IMG/VR virus record: IMGVR_UViG_3300029906_000004
Location: 18,176-82,175 of that record
Strand: one strand, 5' to 3'
Length of the DNA stretch: 64,000 nt
DNA from: a virus
Below, piece by piece: positions 25,905 through 36,261 of this stretch (positions within the stretch are counted from its first letter, which is position 1; each line of letters opens with the position of its first letter). Made by a program: the position numbers and the translations under genes. The notes beneath the pieces are model-generated. The model ran no database searches and was not told the DNA's origin. It saw only the letters and a list, made by a program, of their open reading frames with translations.

Positions 25905-26075
25905 AATAAATAATTACGGAATCGAACCGTTTCATGACTTTGCACAGTTAACCACATCATCCGCTTGGTACCTGTAGTCTAGCCTGCAATAGGGGAGACA
26001 TCATACGTCTGGGCCTATAGCCGTTGACAATTATTGTCAGTAATTATGTCTCTATCTCTGTGCATTACTCTTCCC
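25905..26075 (-). ncRNA. Candidate structured RNA
   Basis: Nested 7-bp stems TGCACAG/CTGTGCA and GAGACAT/ATGTCTC followed by a T-arm ACGG-TTCGATT-CCGT, in intergenic space. Confidence 0.4.
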
Positions 26076-26085
26076 ATTAGAGTAT

Positions 26086-26907
26086 TTATTCATCAAAACT
26101 AAATTTTTCTGCAAGTTCCTTAATTCTACGATTACAACTTTCTTCATCTAGACAAGAACCTGTTTGAAAATAAATATCAGTGTTTGTGTCCTTATATCTT
26201 GTTTCTAACGCATGACCTAGACCATAGTTACATTTAAATTTTGCGGTCCAAAGTTTAAACATATGGTAACGTAACATCCACGGAGAAATACAAGTAAGAA
26301 TAAGTCCTTTAATTAAAGGATCTTCAGGTTTCTTAATTTGTACTTCAACATGAAGTTTGTTTATTCTCTGGTCTTTATAATAACCAAGATGGCCTACATC
26401 TTCATATACAGTAACACCAACACGATAACCCATGTTCTCAAGATAGTCGATAACTCTCATTACAGTATAACTACGCTTAAGCATATCTTCATACTTTACA
26501 TTACAGTTTTCTCCTATTGAAACATGAATATTTATTATTTTACCACGACCACTACCTTTCTTAATAATTCGTTTTTGTAGACATGGTAAATTTTCTAGAA
26601 AACGATCATAATTCATATCATCTCCATCTGTTTCATCCCATTTATATGATCGCTTCTTACCGCCAAGATTTAGATCAACTTCAATTGCCTTTAATTGATC
26701 TAAACCTTTTCTATACATGTATTTACTTTTCTCAATCTCGTCTTTACTTAAACCAACCCAATTAGGATTAATTTTTTTCATTTCATCCCAACCGTAATTA
26801 TTTCCATCACTAGTTTTGCAACCAGTTTCTTCAATTTCGTTGGTCTCATGATAAAAACGCTCTAAGCTAGAAAAGATTAATTTAAAATTTCCATCTTGTG
26901 CTTCCAT
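26086..26907 (-). CDS. VWA-like partner of MoxR ATPase
   Basis: Lies directly downstream of a MoxR-type AAA; beta-strand INIHVSIGENC region. The family call is partly from context. Confidence 0.6.
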   Translation of the reverse strand: MEAQDGNFKLIFSSLERFYHETNEIEETGCKTSDGNNYGWDEMKKINPNWVGLSKDEIEKSKYMYRKGLDQLKAIEVDLNLGGKKRSYKWDETDGDDMNYDRFLENLPCLQKRIIKKGSGRGKIINIHVSIGENCNVKYEDMLKRSYTVMRVIDYLENMGYRVGVTVYEDVGHLGYYKDQRINKLHVEVQIKKPEDPLIKGLILTCISPWMLRYHMFKLWTAKFKCNYGLGHALETRYKDTNTDIYFQTGSCLDEESCNRRIKELAEKFSFDE

Positions 26908-28073
26908 TATGCTGCTTTTAAATGTTCCATTACTACTCGTCGTTCTTCATTAGACCAATTAATAATTAATTGATCTTTCCAGTCCATAACGTATGCCTTT
27001 TTCAAAGCACAACCTGCCTGAATCATACGAGTAGATGCAATTCTACGAAAATCATATGTTTTAATAATATTTCGTAATGAATTAACATAATTAACTACTT
27101 CTGGATCATACTGAGATTCAAATGATTCAGAATAGTTTACTTCAATAATACCACCAATAAATCGGTCGATTGTTGAAGCATCAAGCTGATTATTAGCAAC
27201 ATACTGACGACTTGCACCACCGCCAAAAGTATTACTTGTAGCGATAATAATACAATTAGGATCTCGATATACTGTACCTGTAGTAGTCTCAATTTCATCA
27301 TTGGCTAAAGCCGCATTACAAATCTGAGCTACAGCAGGATCAAGTGCAGTAAACTCATCCAGTAAGATGATAGACGGTTTAGAATAATATTCTGCGAATT
27401 TAGTACTTTCACGAGTAGGATATTTATACCCAACAAATTCAGTTGAAGAAGTACCAATACCACAAGAAATACATAAATACGGTAAGCCTAATTCAGCAGC
27501 TACTTGACGTGTCATCATACTCTTTCCTGAACCAGCAGGACCACAAAGCCAAATATTCTTAATACCTGCTTCGATAGTTCGCTTAATTCGAGTAGGAGTA
27601 TCTGAACTACTGAATTTAATACCTAATTCTTGCATTAGTTTACGTTCCTTCTCAGCTTTAGCAAGTGCTTCTTCTAAAGCTTGCTTTACTTTTTGTTCTT
27701 CTACAGATAGTGTTTTAGAAAGTAATTTAGTACCTCTACGAGAAGTATTATAGATATTATCGTCTTCAATATCTTTTACCAATAAGCGATCTGTATTACG
27801 CTTATTATCTAACATTTCAAAAGTACTGGTAATCTGAGTACGTACTTTCTTTCCTGTTTTAGGATCCTTAACTGTCGTAGTAATAGTTCCATAGAACTTC
27901 TGACCTTTTTCAATATCTCTTATTGGAATTTTAGATTTAACATCAAGAATGTTTTCATTCTTACAGAACTCTTTTAATTGTTCTTGAATAGATTCAATAG
28001 TTCTATCTGCTGTTCCATCACTATTACTAATTTTAGTAGCTACCTTTGATATATCTTTTTCAATAATTACCAT
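26907..28073 (-). CDS. MoxR/CobS-like AAA+ ATPase
   Basis: GPAGSGKS, LLDEF, ATSNTFG...QLDASTIDRF. Confidence 0.85.
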   Translation of the reverse strand: MVIIEKDISKVATKISNSDGTADRTIESIQEQLKEFCKNENILDVKSKIPIRDIEKGQKFYGTITTTVKDPKTGKKVRTQITSTFEMLDNKRNTDRLLVKDIEDDNIYNTSRRGTKLLSKTLSVEEQKVKQALEEALAKAEKERKLMQELGIKFSSSDTPTRIKRTIEAGIKNIWLCGPAGSGKSMMTRQVAAELGLPYLCISCGIGTSSTEFVGYKYPTRESTKFAEYYSKPSIILLDEFTALDPAVAQICNAALANDEIETTTGTVYRDPNCIIIATSNTFGGGASRQYVANNQLDASTIDRFIGGIIEVNYSESFESQYDPEVVNYVNSLRNIIKTYDFRRIASTRMIQAGCALKKAYVMDWKDQLIINWSNEERRVVMEHLKAA

Positions 28074-28102
28074 AATTTGATATAATTTGATAGATTAATA
28101 AT

Positions 28103-28135
28103 AAAAGGGGTTAGCTATTACACTAACCCCTGTTT
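28103..28135 (-). terminator. Intrinsic terminator
   Basis: AGGGGTTAG/CTAACCCCT stem followed by a U-tract on the minus strand, downstream of the SSB-like gene. Confidence 0.65.
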
Positions 28136-28200
28136 TAATTCCTAAAACGTATCGATACGTATCGCTTATAAGTCAGCGTCGACTAGAATACGTATTATGA

Positions 28201-28791
28201 TTAAAATGGCAATCCGTTAGGATCGTCATTGCTTGTTTCAGTTATAGATAAAGTATCTACTACTTCTTCCTTATCTGCAACCACAGGTCTTGTAAATTTA
28301 TCAATACCTAATTCAATAATTGCAGAATCTTCTTTGCTTACGCTCATAGGTTCAATAAACGTATATTTAGCGTAAGTAGGAAGAGTAGTATAGCCTTTAT
28401 TATTATAAACAATCTTTACTCGTAAGAGCTTAGATTTATCTGCCTTATTAAGATAATTTGCAATCTCTGCTGCCCAATCAGCAAAAGAAGTTGCATTAAA
28501 AATAAGCTCTTCATCTTTATAAAAACATAAGAGAATTTGCATCATACGTGAGAACTGAGTATCCTCTTTCTTCTGCAAATCTTCTTCTGTCATATTACCA
28601 AATTTTGTAGGTTTCCATTCAGTTTGAGTTAGAGTAGCTCCATCTTTCTCAAATACAATCTCAAGGAACATATTACCTTGAGGAGATGTTGTTACTCTTG
28701 CACTTTTGAGTGCTACATTCTCTTGAATGCCTGCAGGAATATATTTGGTATCGTTCTTTTCAATCTTCTGAGCTCTTTCCTTACTATACAT
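28201..28791 (-). CDS. Putative single-stranded DNA-binding protein
   Basis: Next to a Sak4-like ATPase; acidic C-terminus ending DDPNGLPF. Confidence 0.55.
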   Translation of the reverse strand: MYSKERAQKIEKNDTKYIPAGIQENVALKSARVTTSPQGNMFLEIVFEKDGATLTQTEWKPTKFGNMTEEDLQKKEDTQFSRMMQILLCFYKDEELIFNATSFADWAAEIANYLNKADKSKLLRVKIVYNNKGYTTLPTYAKYTFIEPMSVSKEDSAIIELGIDKFTRPVVADKEEVVDTLSITETSNDDPNGLPF

Positions 28792-28805
28792 ATCTCTAAT
28801 TTATT

Positions 28806-29462
28806 TTATTCTGGTAAAAATATTTTTGTCATATCAACAGTGATTTTGTTATTTTCATCACTTGTTGCTACTATTATGTTCTTCCCTCGTAAATGATCTG
28901 CACGTGCTTCTCGAATAGTATTTTCTCCGCCTTCAAATGAAATATGTGTTTCATTCTTTTTACGGTATACGTATCCAATTGCATCTGCTTCTCCACATAG
29001 TATATCGCCTAACTTCCCAGTTAGATCTATAGACATTTCGCTTTGCTCTTCTCCTTCTTTATTGATCATCTTTTCCTTAACATGAGCGATTAGAATTAAT
29101 GAGTCACAAAGATCACGAAACATGTCAACTACTTTACGAACTGCTTGTCTTAAGTACATATAACCGCTTCCTTGTGGAAGAGTTCTAATATCTGTACCTT
29201 GCCAACTTTTACCTTGCGGAGTAGCTTTATAAAGTTGTGCTGCATAGGATAGACACATTTCTTCAAGTCTAGTAGCATTGTCTATAGTAATATACTTATA
29301 CGGATAACGTCCTAATTCTTTAATTTTCTCTCGTAAAGCATTAGCAATTTCAGCAAAATCTTTAATAGATCGTGCTTGTACTACTAATGCAGAAAGTGCT
29401 TGATAGCCATTTTCTAGATCAATAATAAGATTATTATCTAAAGCGGCCATAAGTGTTGATTT
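28806..29462 (-). CDS. Sak4-like (AAA_24) recombination ATPase, exon 2
   Basis: Begins KSTL (second half of Walker A); TIDN Walker B; LIAH. Confidence 0.85.
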   Translation of the reverse strand, partial: KSTLMAALDNNLIIDLENGYQALSALVVQARSIKDFAEIANALREKIKELGRYPYKYITIDNATRLEEMCLSYAAQLYKATPQGKSWQGTDIRTLPQGSGYMYLRQAVRKVVDMFRDLCDSLILIAHVKEKMINKEGEEQSEMSIDLTGKLGDILCGEADAIGYVYRKKNETHISFEGGENTIREARADHLRGKNIIVATSDENNKITVDMTKIFLPE

Positions 29463-29688
29463 CAATTTTGTTATCGTTAGGCTTTTTATCCTAACTTCTA
29501 TAGATTCTTTTTCTCTATAGTTCAGCGTACATTTTCATCCTATTTCTAGGAGTCGAGCACTCTTGGAGATATTATATTTATTCAATCTCTACGCGTTACG
29601 GTGACAATTAGCCTTTCGTAATCTAATTGTTTACCTCGGTATTAGCGTCACAGCCTTCACCGATTTTGCTCGATTATAATCTATACAA

Positions 29689-30477
29689 TTACTCGTATAA
29701 ACGGCAGAAATCTTTATATCTATTAAATTTTCTTTCTAAGTATACTGTAGAATCTTCGTAAAGCCATTTTATAAATTCAAAAGCGGCTTTTCCAGAATAT
29801 GCTATAAGTTTAGTTATTTCTTGTCCTTTATTAGCATTTTGATATTTATGATTAGAACCATATACTTTTTGAATTCCGTCTAAGAACTCTTTCGTACCAA
29901 GTATGGTAACGTTAGGATAAGTATGTTCTTTATTTCCATAACTAATGCAACCGTCGCCATCAAAATATCCACGAATAAAATGTCTTATAAGACTTTCATT
30001 CTTAAAAATACTTTTATCTGGAAATTTTAGAATAAGAGATTTTCTAAGAGTACAACCATATTTAACTAAAGTATTAAACATGTTTTTACTTCCTAAAACA
30101 CATCTTGCTCTATATACTTTCTTCATAGTATATTCTTTTCTAATCGCTTTTGCGAATTTTTCTACATGAGCCGCATCTTCTAATTTTAAACTAAGTTCTA
30201 TTCGATATGAATTTTTATATTGGCTCAAAGCTCCATCTGCAAATAAGAAACCAAGCCAATAAGCTTTTTCTTCAGTATCAATAGAATCGAAGTATTCAAC
30301 ATCAAAATATTTAGATGCTCTTCTATTATAAACAGAATACCCTTTTGCAAGTAACCATCCATAAAATGCTTCTCTTGCAAGAGAATATTTCTTACTAATT
30401 TCTCGTATACTTTTATAAGAATTAGCGTACTCTTCTTCGGCTAATCTAAATCTATCTAATTCTTCGTTGGTTTTCAT
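29689..30477 (-). CDS. Intron-encoded LAGLIDADG homing endonuclease
   Basis: YWLGFLFADGAL and HFIRGYFDGDGCI motifs. Confidence 0.9.
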   Translation of the reverse strand: MKTNEELDRFRLAEEEYANSYKSIREISKKYSLAREAFYGWLLAKGYSVYNRRASKYFDVEYFDSIDTEEKAYWLGFLFADGALSQYKNSYRIELSLKLEDAAHVEKFAKAIRKEYTMKKVYRARCVLGSKNMFNTLVKYGCTLRKSLILKFPDKSIFKNESLIRHFIRGYFDGDGCISYGNKEHTYPNVTILGTKEFLDGIQKVYGSNHKYQNANKGQEITKLIAYSGKAAFEFIKWLYEDSTVYLERKFNRYKDFCRLYE

Positions 30478-30487
30478 ATAACTATAT

Positions 30488-30510
30488 AACGTAAGTTATA
30501 CAGTTTGGTT
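30488..30510 (-). promoter_or_regulatory. Putative ECF-sigma promoter inside the intron (AAC-N14-TACGTT)
   Basis: Ends about 10 nt upstream of the homing endonuclease ATG; same motif as four plus-strand sites. Confidence 0.6.
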
Positions 30511-30553
30511 TGCCAAAGAAAAATTAAATACTAAAAATTTAATAGCGTTCTCT

Positions 30554-30637
30554 ACCCGACTTGGGGCGCCCAAAAAGAATTAAAAGTTTAGGATTGTTTA
30601 CTTTAGGAACACTTTTCTCAGTTGGTAGTATTAACAT
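30554..30637 (-). CDS. Sak4-like ATPase, exon 1 (28 aa)
   Basis: MLILPTEKSVPKVNNPKLLILFGRPKSG. Confidence 0.85.
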
Positions 30638-30714
30638 AAATAATTAAGTTTCTACCTTATTTTAAAGATATGTAATTATTTGTAAGAATCTGATAATATA
30701 TAGTTAAGGTAAGA

Positions 30715-31233
30715 TTAGAAGTTATATTCTGTATTGTTAATCATAACAATGAAATTATTGATTACAATATGTTCTTTTTCTCGTAAATTGTTTAGTGTGT
30801 AACGAATATTATTCTTCGGAATGATAGTACGACCTACCTGAATAAAATTCTGATATTCTTTTACAGGCGTACCGTCTTCTAATACAAAATCATATAGTTT
30901 CTTATAACCATACTTCTGTTTAGAATATTCGTCAAGTTTCTTCATAGCTAATTCAAAATTAGTTGCAATATCGTAATTCTTCGGTTCATTATAGAACGGA
31001 CAATACTTACATGTCTGATACTTTGCAACATCACACTTTGAATAGTAGTTAGCACCGAACATAATCCGACTATTCGGACCTAAATACTGATAACTATTCT
31101 CAGTTTCTTCTGAATCAATTCCATCAATGGTTAACTCGGGATATGATAATAACAGACGTTTTAATAAATAATTTTTATATACGCCTTCACTATCTGCCTT
31201 CTTGTTCGGTAATGTTATTGTAAATGTTTTCAT
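30715..31233 (-). CDS. Hypothetical protein
   Basis: 172-aa ORF. Confidence 0.7.
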   Translation of the reverse strand: MKTFTITLPNKKADSEGVYKNYLLKRLLLSYPELTIDGIDSEETENSYQYLGPNSRIMFGANYYSKCDVAKYQTCKYCPFYNEPKNYDIATNFELAMKKLDEYSKQKYGYKKLYDFVLEDGTPVKEYQNFIQVGRTIIPKNNIRYTLNNLREKEHIVINNFIVMINNTEYNF

Positions 31234-31242
31234 AATTCAGCC

Positions 31243-32199
31243 TTAAAAATTGTTAATACTACTTTTATCCTGCTTAGTAGCATTTGCTGAATCTGACTCT
31301 ATTAAATTACCATATTTAAGGTCGTTATCGAATTCTAATATACATGGTTCTCCAGCATCTCTTACTTTAAGAAAATGCATATATACTTTATTTTTTACAG
31401 GTAAATGTCTTACTCCGTAACTACTTAAATTCTGTAATTCAGGTCGATTAATGACTATAACATAATCACTAGCGTGAAATAACGCATCAGAAGCAGCTAA
31501 ATCACTTCTTAAAGGATAATGCATAGCAGGATTGTTAATCCTTTCAGGTTGCTCAATATTTCGATTCATCTGTGAAAGCTGTATAATACTAGTTTTAGGT
31601 AATTTCTTTTTTCGTATAAACATCTTCTGTAAATCGACTATTGTTCCTCTTTCAGTATCTCCTTCAACTAATAAAGTATGGTCTAATATTACTATTAACC
31701 ACCAGTCTTCAGAGAACTTATTACGGAAAAAATCTATAGTATTTTCGATTTCTGGTACAGTACAAGGAGTATCTATATAGAATATAGGATAATCCATAAG
31801 CTTTTTAGCTTCTTCTTGTACTCTATTAAAAGTGTCGTCATCGACACTATAGGAAGAACTATATAATTCCGAGGTAGTCTTCCTTAAACGATAGCTAAGT
31901 TTTCTAGTAACGGAACGAAAACTAACCATCTCAAACGAAAAATCTAAGATTGCAACTTTTTCTGTAGGATTTAAATCGATTAAATCAGTTTCAATCATAT
32001 TAGCAACTGCACTTTTGCCAGTACCTGATACACCAGCAATAGTAACAATCATATTAGGTTCTATACCTCCACAACAAACTCGATTGAATTTATTCCATCT
32101 TGTTTTAAGAGGTACTATAGTATGGTCTTTTCTAGCTCTAATATAATCTACTGACTCCTTTGCGGCTTGTGCAATAGTCTTATAAGATATCTGTCCCAT
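31243..32199 (-). CDS. dnaB: DnaB-like replicative helicase
   Basis: GVSGTGKS, FSFEM, ILDH and LSQMNR SF4 motifs. Confidence 0.9.
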   Translation of the reverse strand: MGQISYKTIAQAAKESVDYIRARKDHTIVPLKTRWNKFNRVCCGGIEPNMIVTIAGVSGTGKSAVANMIETDLIDLNPTEKVAILDFSFEMVSFRSVTRKLSYRLRKTTSELYSSSYSVDDDTFNRVQEEAKKLMDYPIFYIDTPCTVPEIENTIDFFRNKFSEDWWLIVILDHTLLVEGDTERGTIVDLQKMFIRKKKLPKTSIIQLSQMNRNIEQPERINNPAMHYPLRSDLAASDALFHASDYVIVINRPELQNLSSYGVRHLPVKNKVYMHFLKVRDAGEPCILEFDNDLKYGNLIESDSANATKQDKSSINNF

Positions 32200-32749
32200 A
32201 ACTATATTCTTCTTGATTGTTTACTTGTAGTTGTTCTTCGTAACATTCCCATTCATGTTGGGTAAGCCATTTCCACATAGTCTTCATATAACCTAACTTA
32301 CCAGTACGGGTTTTATCGTCTAGTTCATATTGTAAACATTTCATAATATGCTCGTGCATACTACGAGATTTACCTATTATTCGATTATATTCTTTCCTAC
32401 ATTTGTTTACATTAGCTCTAAGGAATCCTTTAGTTCCATCAGGACGTACTACATAAACTGGAAATGCTTCATAAAACTCATCAAACATACTATCTTGTTT
32501 TCGCTTTATACTATTGATAATATTATCTGAGAGTTTATATGATACTCCATTATTAAGGTAAGTCTTAATAACTATGTTACGTTGTATTAATTCTTGTATT
32601 TCTTCTTCTTTAACTCGGCTGAGAAGTTTTAGAATGTCTTGATGTTTATTTTGATTTTCATTCAATACAAGACTAATAAATACTAACTGATTTATTGAAA
32701 TGTTTAATGTTTCTAACAAAGATGTATCTAATTCTAGTATCATAAGCAT
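32180..32749 (-). CDS. Putative replication initiator / helicase-associated protein
   Basis: Lies between polymerase and helicase; FDEFYEAFP and WKWLTQHEWE resemble replisome-organizer C-termini. Inference. Confidence 0.45.
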   Translation of the reverse strand: MLMILELDTSLLETLNISINQLVFISLVLNENQNKHQDILKLLSRVKEEEIQELIQRNIVIKTYLNNGVSYKLSDNIINSIKRKQDSMFDEFYEAFPVYVVRPDGTKGFLRANVNKCRKEYNRIIGKSRSMHEHIMKCLQYELDDKTRTGKLGYMKTMWKWLTQHEWECYEEQLQVNNQEEYSYGTDIL

Positions 32750-32792
32750 TTAAAGATTATGACAAAACTAAAATATGATATACTCTGTTATT

Positions 32793-34730
32793 TTATGTAA
32801 ATAAATTTAATTGTCTTGGTTGTAATTCTTCAATTATCTTAAGAGCTTCCTTAAGATAATATCGATAATTTATCTTACGTTCTTCAATGGGTTTATTATC
32901 AAAATTGTTTAGAATAGTAACACCAGAGGAAACAAGCATATTTTGATATGCTCTAACTCCTTCATTATCTTTCCATTTCCATAAGTATCCACCATCTGTA
33001 GATGCATAGAAACGGTTAGTTCTCTGTTGTTCTTTACTTAGATATTCAACATGCCATTGTTTACCAGTTTTTTCAGACATAAGAAATTTCTTAATATCTT
33101 TACAATTATAAATTGTATATTTAACTGGAATGCCATCTGCAAAGTATTTAATTATTGCTTCTGGTATTATCTTAGGAGTAAGTCCTTTACCTAATTTAAC
33201 TTCAGTAATAAATATACCTTTAGTCTTAATTAGTTTAGGATCTTTACTTTGACTATACCCTTCTTTAATAGCGATATAGTCGTTAATGGCATATTGATAC
33301 ATGGCTTCAAAACGATCTTCTTCGAGAGTAAGTTTAGTAAGTTGTTCCCAATCTTTACAGATTTGTTGATATTCTTGCAACTTATTCTTCTTAACTACTA
33401 CAAATAGACCATCTGTATTAGCTTGTACTATTCTACATTGAATCTGCGTAAGTTTTTCAGCTAACATAAGTAATAGTAATTGACCGTTTATACGAATCTT
33501 CATTACTGCTTCAGGACTATAGCAGAAATTATGTTCATTCTGTAAGTTACCTGATAATCCATTAAGAGCAAGTTTTAATGTCTCATTCTTAACTTTATTA
33601 CCGTTATGTTTAGCTTCTATTCTTTCATCTTTAATTTGCTTATATACTTCTAGAAATTCAGGTCCCAAATGCTTGGGATAAAAACCATATTCGATAAGCA
33701 TTGATGGATATAGACTAGCTACGTCTACATCAACTAGTATTTCATCTTCTTTAGGAATAATTATTTCAGGATCGTTTTTACTATGGATTCCTCCTACTCC
33801 TATAGTATATCGTAAGCCATCAAATATAAAGTTATTTTCATAACCTTTTCTACCAGGAGATACTATTTGTTTTTTCATATCTTCTAGTACGTTTTGAAGA
33901 ATAGGAGAATCATACTTAATAAATGGTAAGATTATATTCTTTAAAGGAATATAATCCATTGGAGATCTTAGATCTTTAATGTCATTCCAGGTTAATCCAG
34001 TTTTCTCAAGATATTTTTGAGTTAGGATTTTCATTCCAATGTTTACTCCATCTTTACTAAGTACTCTTACTCCATATTCATCTTCAATAGCTATACGTAA
34101 ATCAATGTCTTTCTTACATCGATTTAATAATTCTGTAGTAGATTCAATATCATTTATATTATATTGAATCATACTATCAAAATCTTCTATAGGTAGAGGT
34201 TTATCCCAATCTGTGACAAATTCTTGTACATTAGGATATTCCATAGTTACTTGTAGTTCTTTTAAGCCCACTCTTAATTTACTACTATATAACATTGTAA
34301 GTAAATCAAATGTGTCAAACCATATTTGATATTTCCAATGTTTCCATGCATCTATATTATCTTCAGTAGAGGTAGTTATAGTCTTACTCATACTGAATAA
34401 AGATTCACATATAGTAGCTACATTATATTGTAGAAGTTTCTCTTCATACTCTATAATGTAATTAATAATAGGATTATCATAGTGAAGATTATTATAGCCA
34501 CAGAATATATAATTACTTGTTATGGAAACTCCTGTAGTATAATAATCTCCCCATGATATAGGTTTATTAACCTGCTTAAAGTATTTAACGATCTCTCTTA
34601 ATTGATTCTTTCTAGGTGATATCTCAAAAGTAGTAATATCACCTGTTTCACTGTTCTTTATAGAACAATGAAATATATTATGAAATACTTCTATATCGAA
34701 TACAAGTACTGTTTTTCCTCGTATTTGCAT
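32793..34730 (-). CDS. polB: Family B DNA polymerase
   Basis: Exonuclease FDIE; DVDVASLYPS; KLALNGLSG; ANTDG. Confidence 0.92.
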   Translation of the reverse strand: MQIRGKTVLVFDIEVFHNIFHCSIKNSETGDITTFEISPRKNQLREIVKYFKQVNKPISWGDYYTTGVSITSNYIFCGYNNLHYDNPIINYIIEYEEKLLQYNVATICESLFSMSKTITTSTEDNIDAWKHWKYQIWFDTFDLLTMLYSSKLRVGLKELQVTMEYPNVQEFVTDWDKPLPIEDFDSMIQYNINDIESTTELLNRCKKDIDLRIAIEDEYGVRVLSKDGVNIGMKILTQKYLEKTGLTWNDIKDLRSPMDYIPLKNIILPFIKYDSPILQNVLEDMKKQIVSPGRKGYENNFIFDGLRYTIGVGGIHSKNDPEIIIPKEDEILVDVDVASLYPSMLIEYGFYPKHLGPEFLEVYKQIKDERIEAKHNGNKVKNETLKLALNGLSGNLQNEHNFCYSPEAVMKIRINGQLLLLMLAEKLTQIQCRIVQANTDGLFVVVKKNKLQEYQQICKDWEQLTKLTLEEDRFEAMYQYAINDYIAIKEGYSQSKDPKLIKTKGIFITEVKLGKGLTPKIIPEAIIKYFADGIPVKYTIYNCKDIKKFLMSEKTGKQWHVEYLSKEQQRTNRFYASTDGGYLWKWKDNEGVRAYQNMLVSSGVTILNNFDNKPIEERKINYRYYLKEALKIIEELQPRQLNLFT

Positions 34731-34749
34731 ATTATAGATTACTAGTTAG

Positions 34750-34821
34750 TGATCCTACCACGACTCGAACGTGGATATACACCTTAGAAGGGCGTTGTTC
34801 TATCCGTTGAACTATAGGACC
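34750..34821 (-). tRNA. tRNA-Arg(TCT)
   Basis: Full cloverleaf GGTCCTA...CT-TCT-AA...TTCGAGT...TAGGATC-A. Confidence 0.92.
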
Positions 34822-34828
34822 TACCTAT

Positions 34829-35461
34829 TTAAGCAGCTGATTTAGTCTTACCAATCGTATAACGATAATTAGTAAAACGATCACCTGCTAATTTCTTCAT
34901 ATATTCAGATCTTTCCCAGACCTCGATATTGAAGAAATCTTTCATAGATACACTAAGTTTGCTAGCCATATCGTTAGCTATTTTACGAAGTGTATCAATT
35001 GTATGAGAAGAAGGAATTGTCATGAACGGACTAATATTCCACTTATGTTCTCTATTAACAATAAGAAGATTAGGTTTATTCTTATCATTAGTAAAGGTTT
35101 TCATTGAAGCTTGTATACTACGTTTAATCATAATGCGTTCGATAGCAGCTTCATGGGCAGCTTCTAACGCACTCTTCTTTATAGCATCTACTTGTTTGCT
35201 ATATAAGTTATTTACTAACTTATTATGCAAGTCACTATAAGGAAGGTTAGCTAATTTCTCAGCTTTACTTTTACGTTGTTCTTCAAATCTCTTTCTTCGT
35301 TCTTCTCTACTTAATTCTGGTAGTGGTGTTACTTCTTTCTTTTCAAAAGTAAGATCACTAAGTTTAGGATGTCGCTTATGATGTAGTTTTGCATCATAGA
35401 TTTTTTGCGACTGTAATGCCTTTTTGGCAGCTAAGCCAATTTCTGTCCAATAACTTTTCAT
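34829..35461 (-). CDS. Hypothetical basic protein
   Basis: 210-aa ORF. Confidence 0.7.
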   Translation of the reverse strand: MKSYWTEIGLAAKKALQSQKIYDAKLHHKRHPKLSDLTFEKKEVTPLPELSREERRKRFEEQRKSKAEKLANLPYSDLHNKLVNNLYSKQVDAIKKSALEAAHEAAIERIMIKRSIQASMKTFTNDKNKPNLLIVNREHKWNISPFMTIPSSHTIDTLRKIANDMASKLSVSMKDFFNIEVWERSEYMKKLAGDRFTNYRYTIGKTKSAA

Positions 35462-35462
35462 A

Positions 35463-35978
35463 TTATGCTACTAAATAAGTGGGTACTGTATTATCAATCT
35501 CTGTATTGTTATTAAAATCCTCGATTTCTTTACGGATCTTATTTGCTAATAAGGTATAACGATTCTTTTCTCGTTCAAGATAGGAATAAGTAAGTTCTTC
35601 AGTTACTGCTAACTTACGTTTTCCTTTCTTAATCTTTACTAAAGGATTAATTGTATGCTTCTTCATCATTTCATCTACTTTAACAATATAGTTATTATAT
35701 GCTGTTAATCTATAGATGTTGATGATATTAGCATTTTCTGGTAAATCTTTTAGTTTAATACCCATATTAGCGCATTGGATTTGTAACTTCACATTTATTA
35801 CCTTATCGTATAAATGTTTAATATGAGTAAGAGTCATTTTCATATCATAATTACGTACACATCCTTTACGTATTACATTTTCTGTTGCGATAATATCCCA
35901 CATTTTAGCTATTTGAACTGTTAATTGGTCTCGCTCTTCGATTAGCTTATTGCATTTTATATTTAAATTTGTCTTCAT
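35463..35978 (-). CDS. Hypothetical protein
   Basis: Likely start MKTNLN at 35978. Confidence 0.7.
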   Translation of the reverse strand: MKTNLNIKCNKLIEERDQLTVQIAKMWDIIATENVIRKGCVRNYDMKMTLTHIKHLYDKVINVKLQIQCANMGIKLKDLPENANIINIYRLTAYNNYIVKVDEMMKKHTINPLVKIKKGKRKLAVTEELTYSYLEREKNRYTLLANKIRKEIEDFNNNTEIDNTVPTYLVA

Positions 35979-36119
35979 ATACTTTTTGATTATTATTTGA
36001 TAATTAAAATAGTATATTAGGACATTTACCTGTGTGCCTATAGCTCTATCCAAAGAGTAGCTTTTATTATTTCAAGCTGGGCTTATTAACCTTACGGTCA
36101 TTATCTATAGGCATATTAG

Positions 36120-36200
36120 TAGCACTGATGGGACTTGAACCCACACGCATTTCTACACTTCGTTCTAAGCGAAGCCTGTCTACCATTCCAGCACAGTGCT
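36120..36200 (-). tRNA. tRNA-Leu(TAG)
   Basis: AGCACTG/CAGTGCT acceptor stem, CT-TAG-AA loop, long variable arm, TTCAAGT T-loop. Confidence 0.92.
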
Positions 36201-36208
36201 AAGTGCCT

Positions 36209-36261
36209 TACTTTACATCTTTCAGGCAAAGTAAATAAAGAAGTCCTACTTTACATCTTTC
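36209..36261. repeat. 15-bp direct repeat TACTTTACATCTTTC, two copies
   Basis: Copies at 36209-36223 and 36247-36261, just upstream of tRNA-Leu on the minus strand. Confidence 0.8.

Larger units (their letters stand above)
29463..30553 (-). mobile_element. Group I intron (1091 nt) in the Sak4-like ATPase gene
   Basis: The 5' exon ends in U and the intron ends in G. Splicing restores GRPKSG-KST. P3 GAGCA/TGCTC, P4 ATCGGTG/TACCGAG region, P7 GCGTA/TACGC, and P9 hairpins. Confidence 0.9.

Noticed and set aside
25783-25935. N-terminal extension of the primase in the track
   Set aside because: It runs through tRNA-like elements. MYDKRR at 25782 is a more plausible start.
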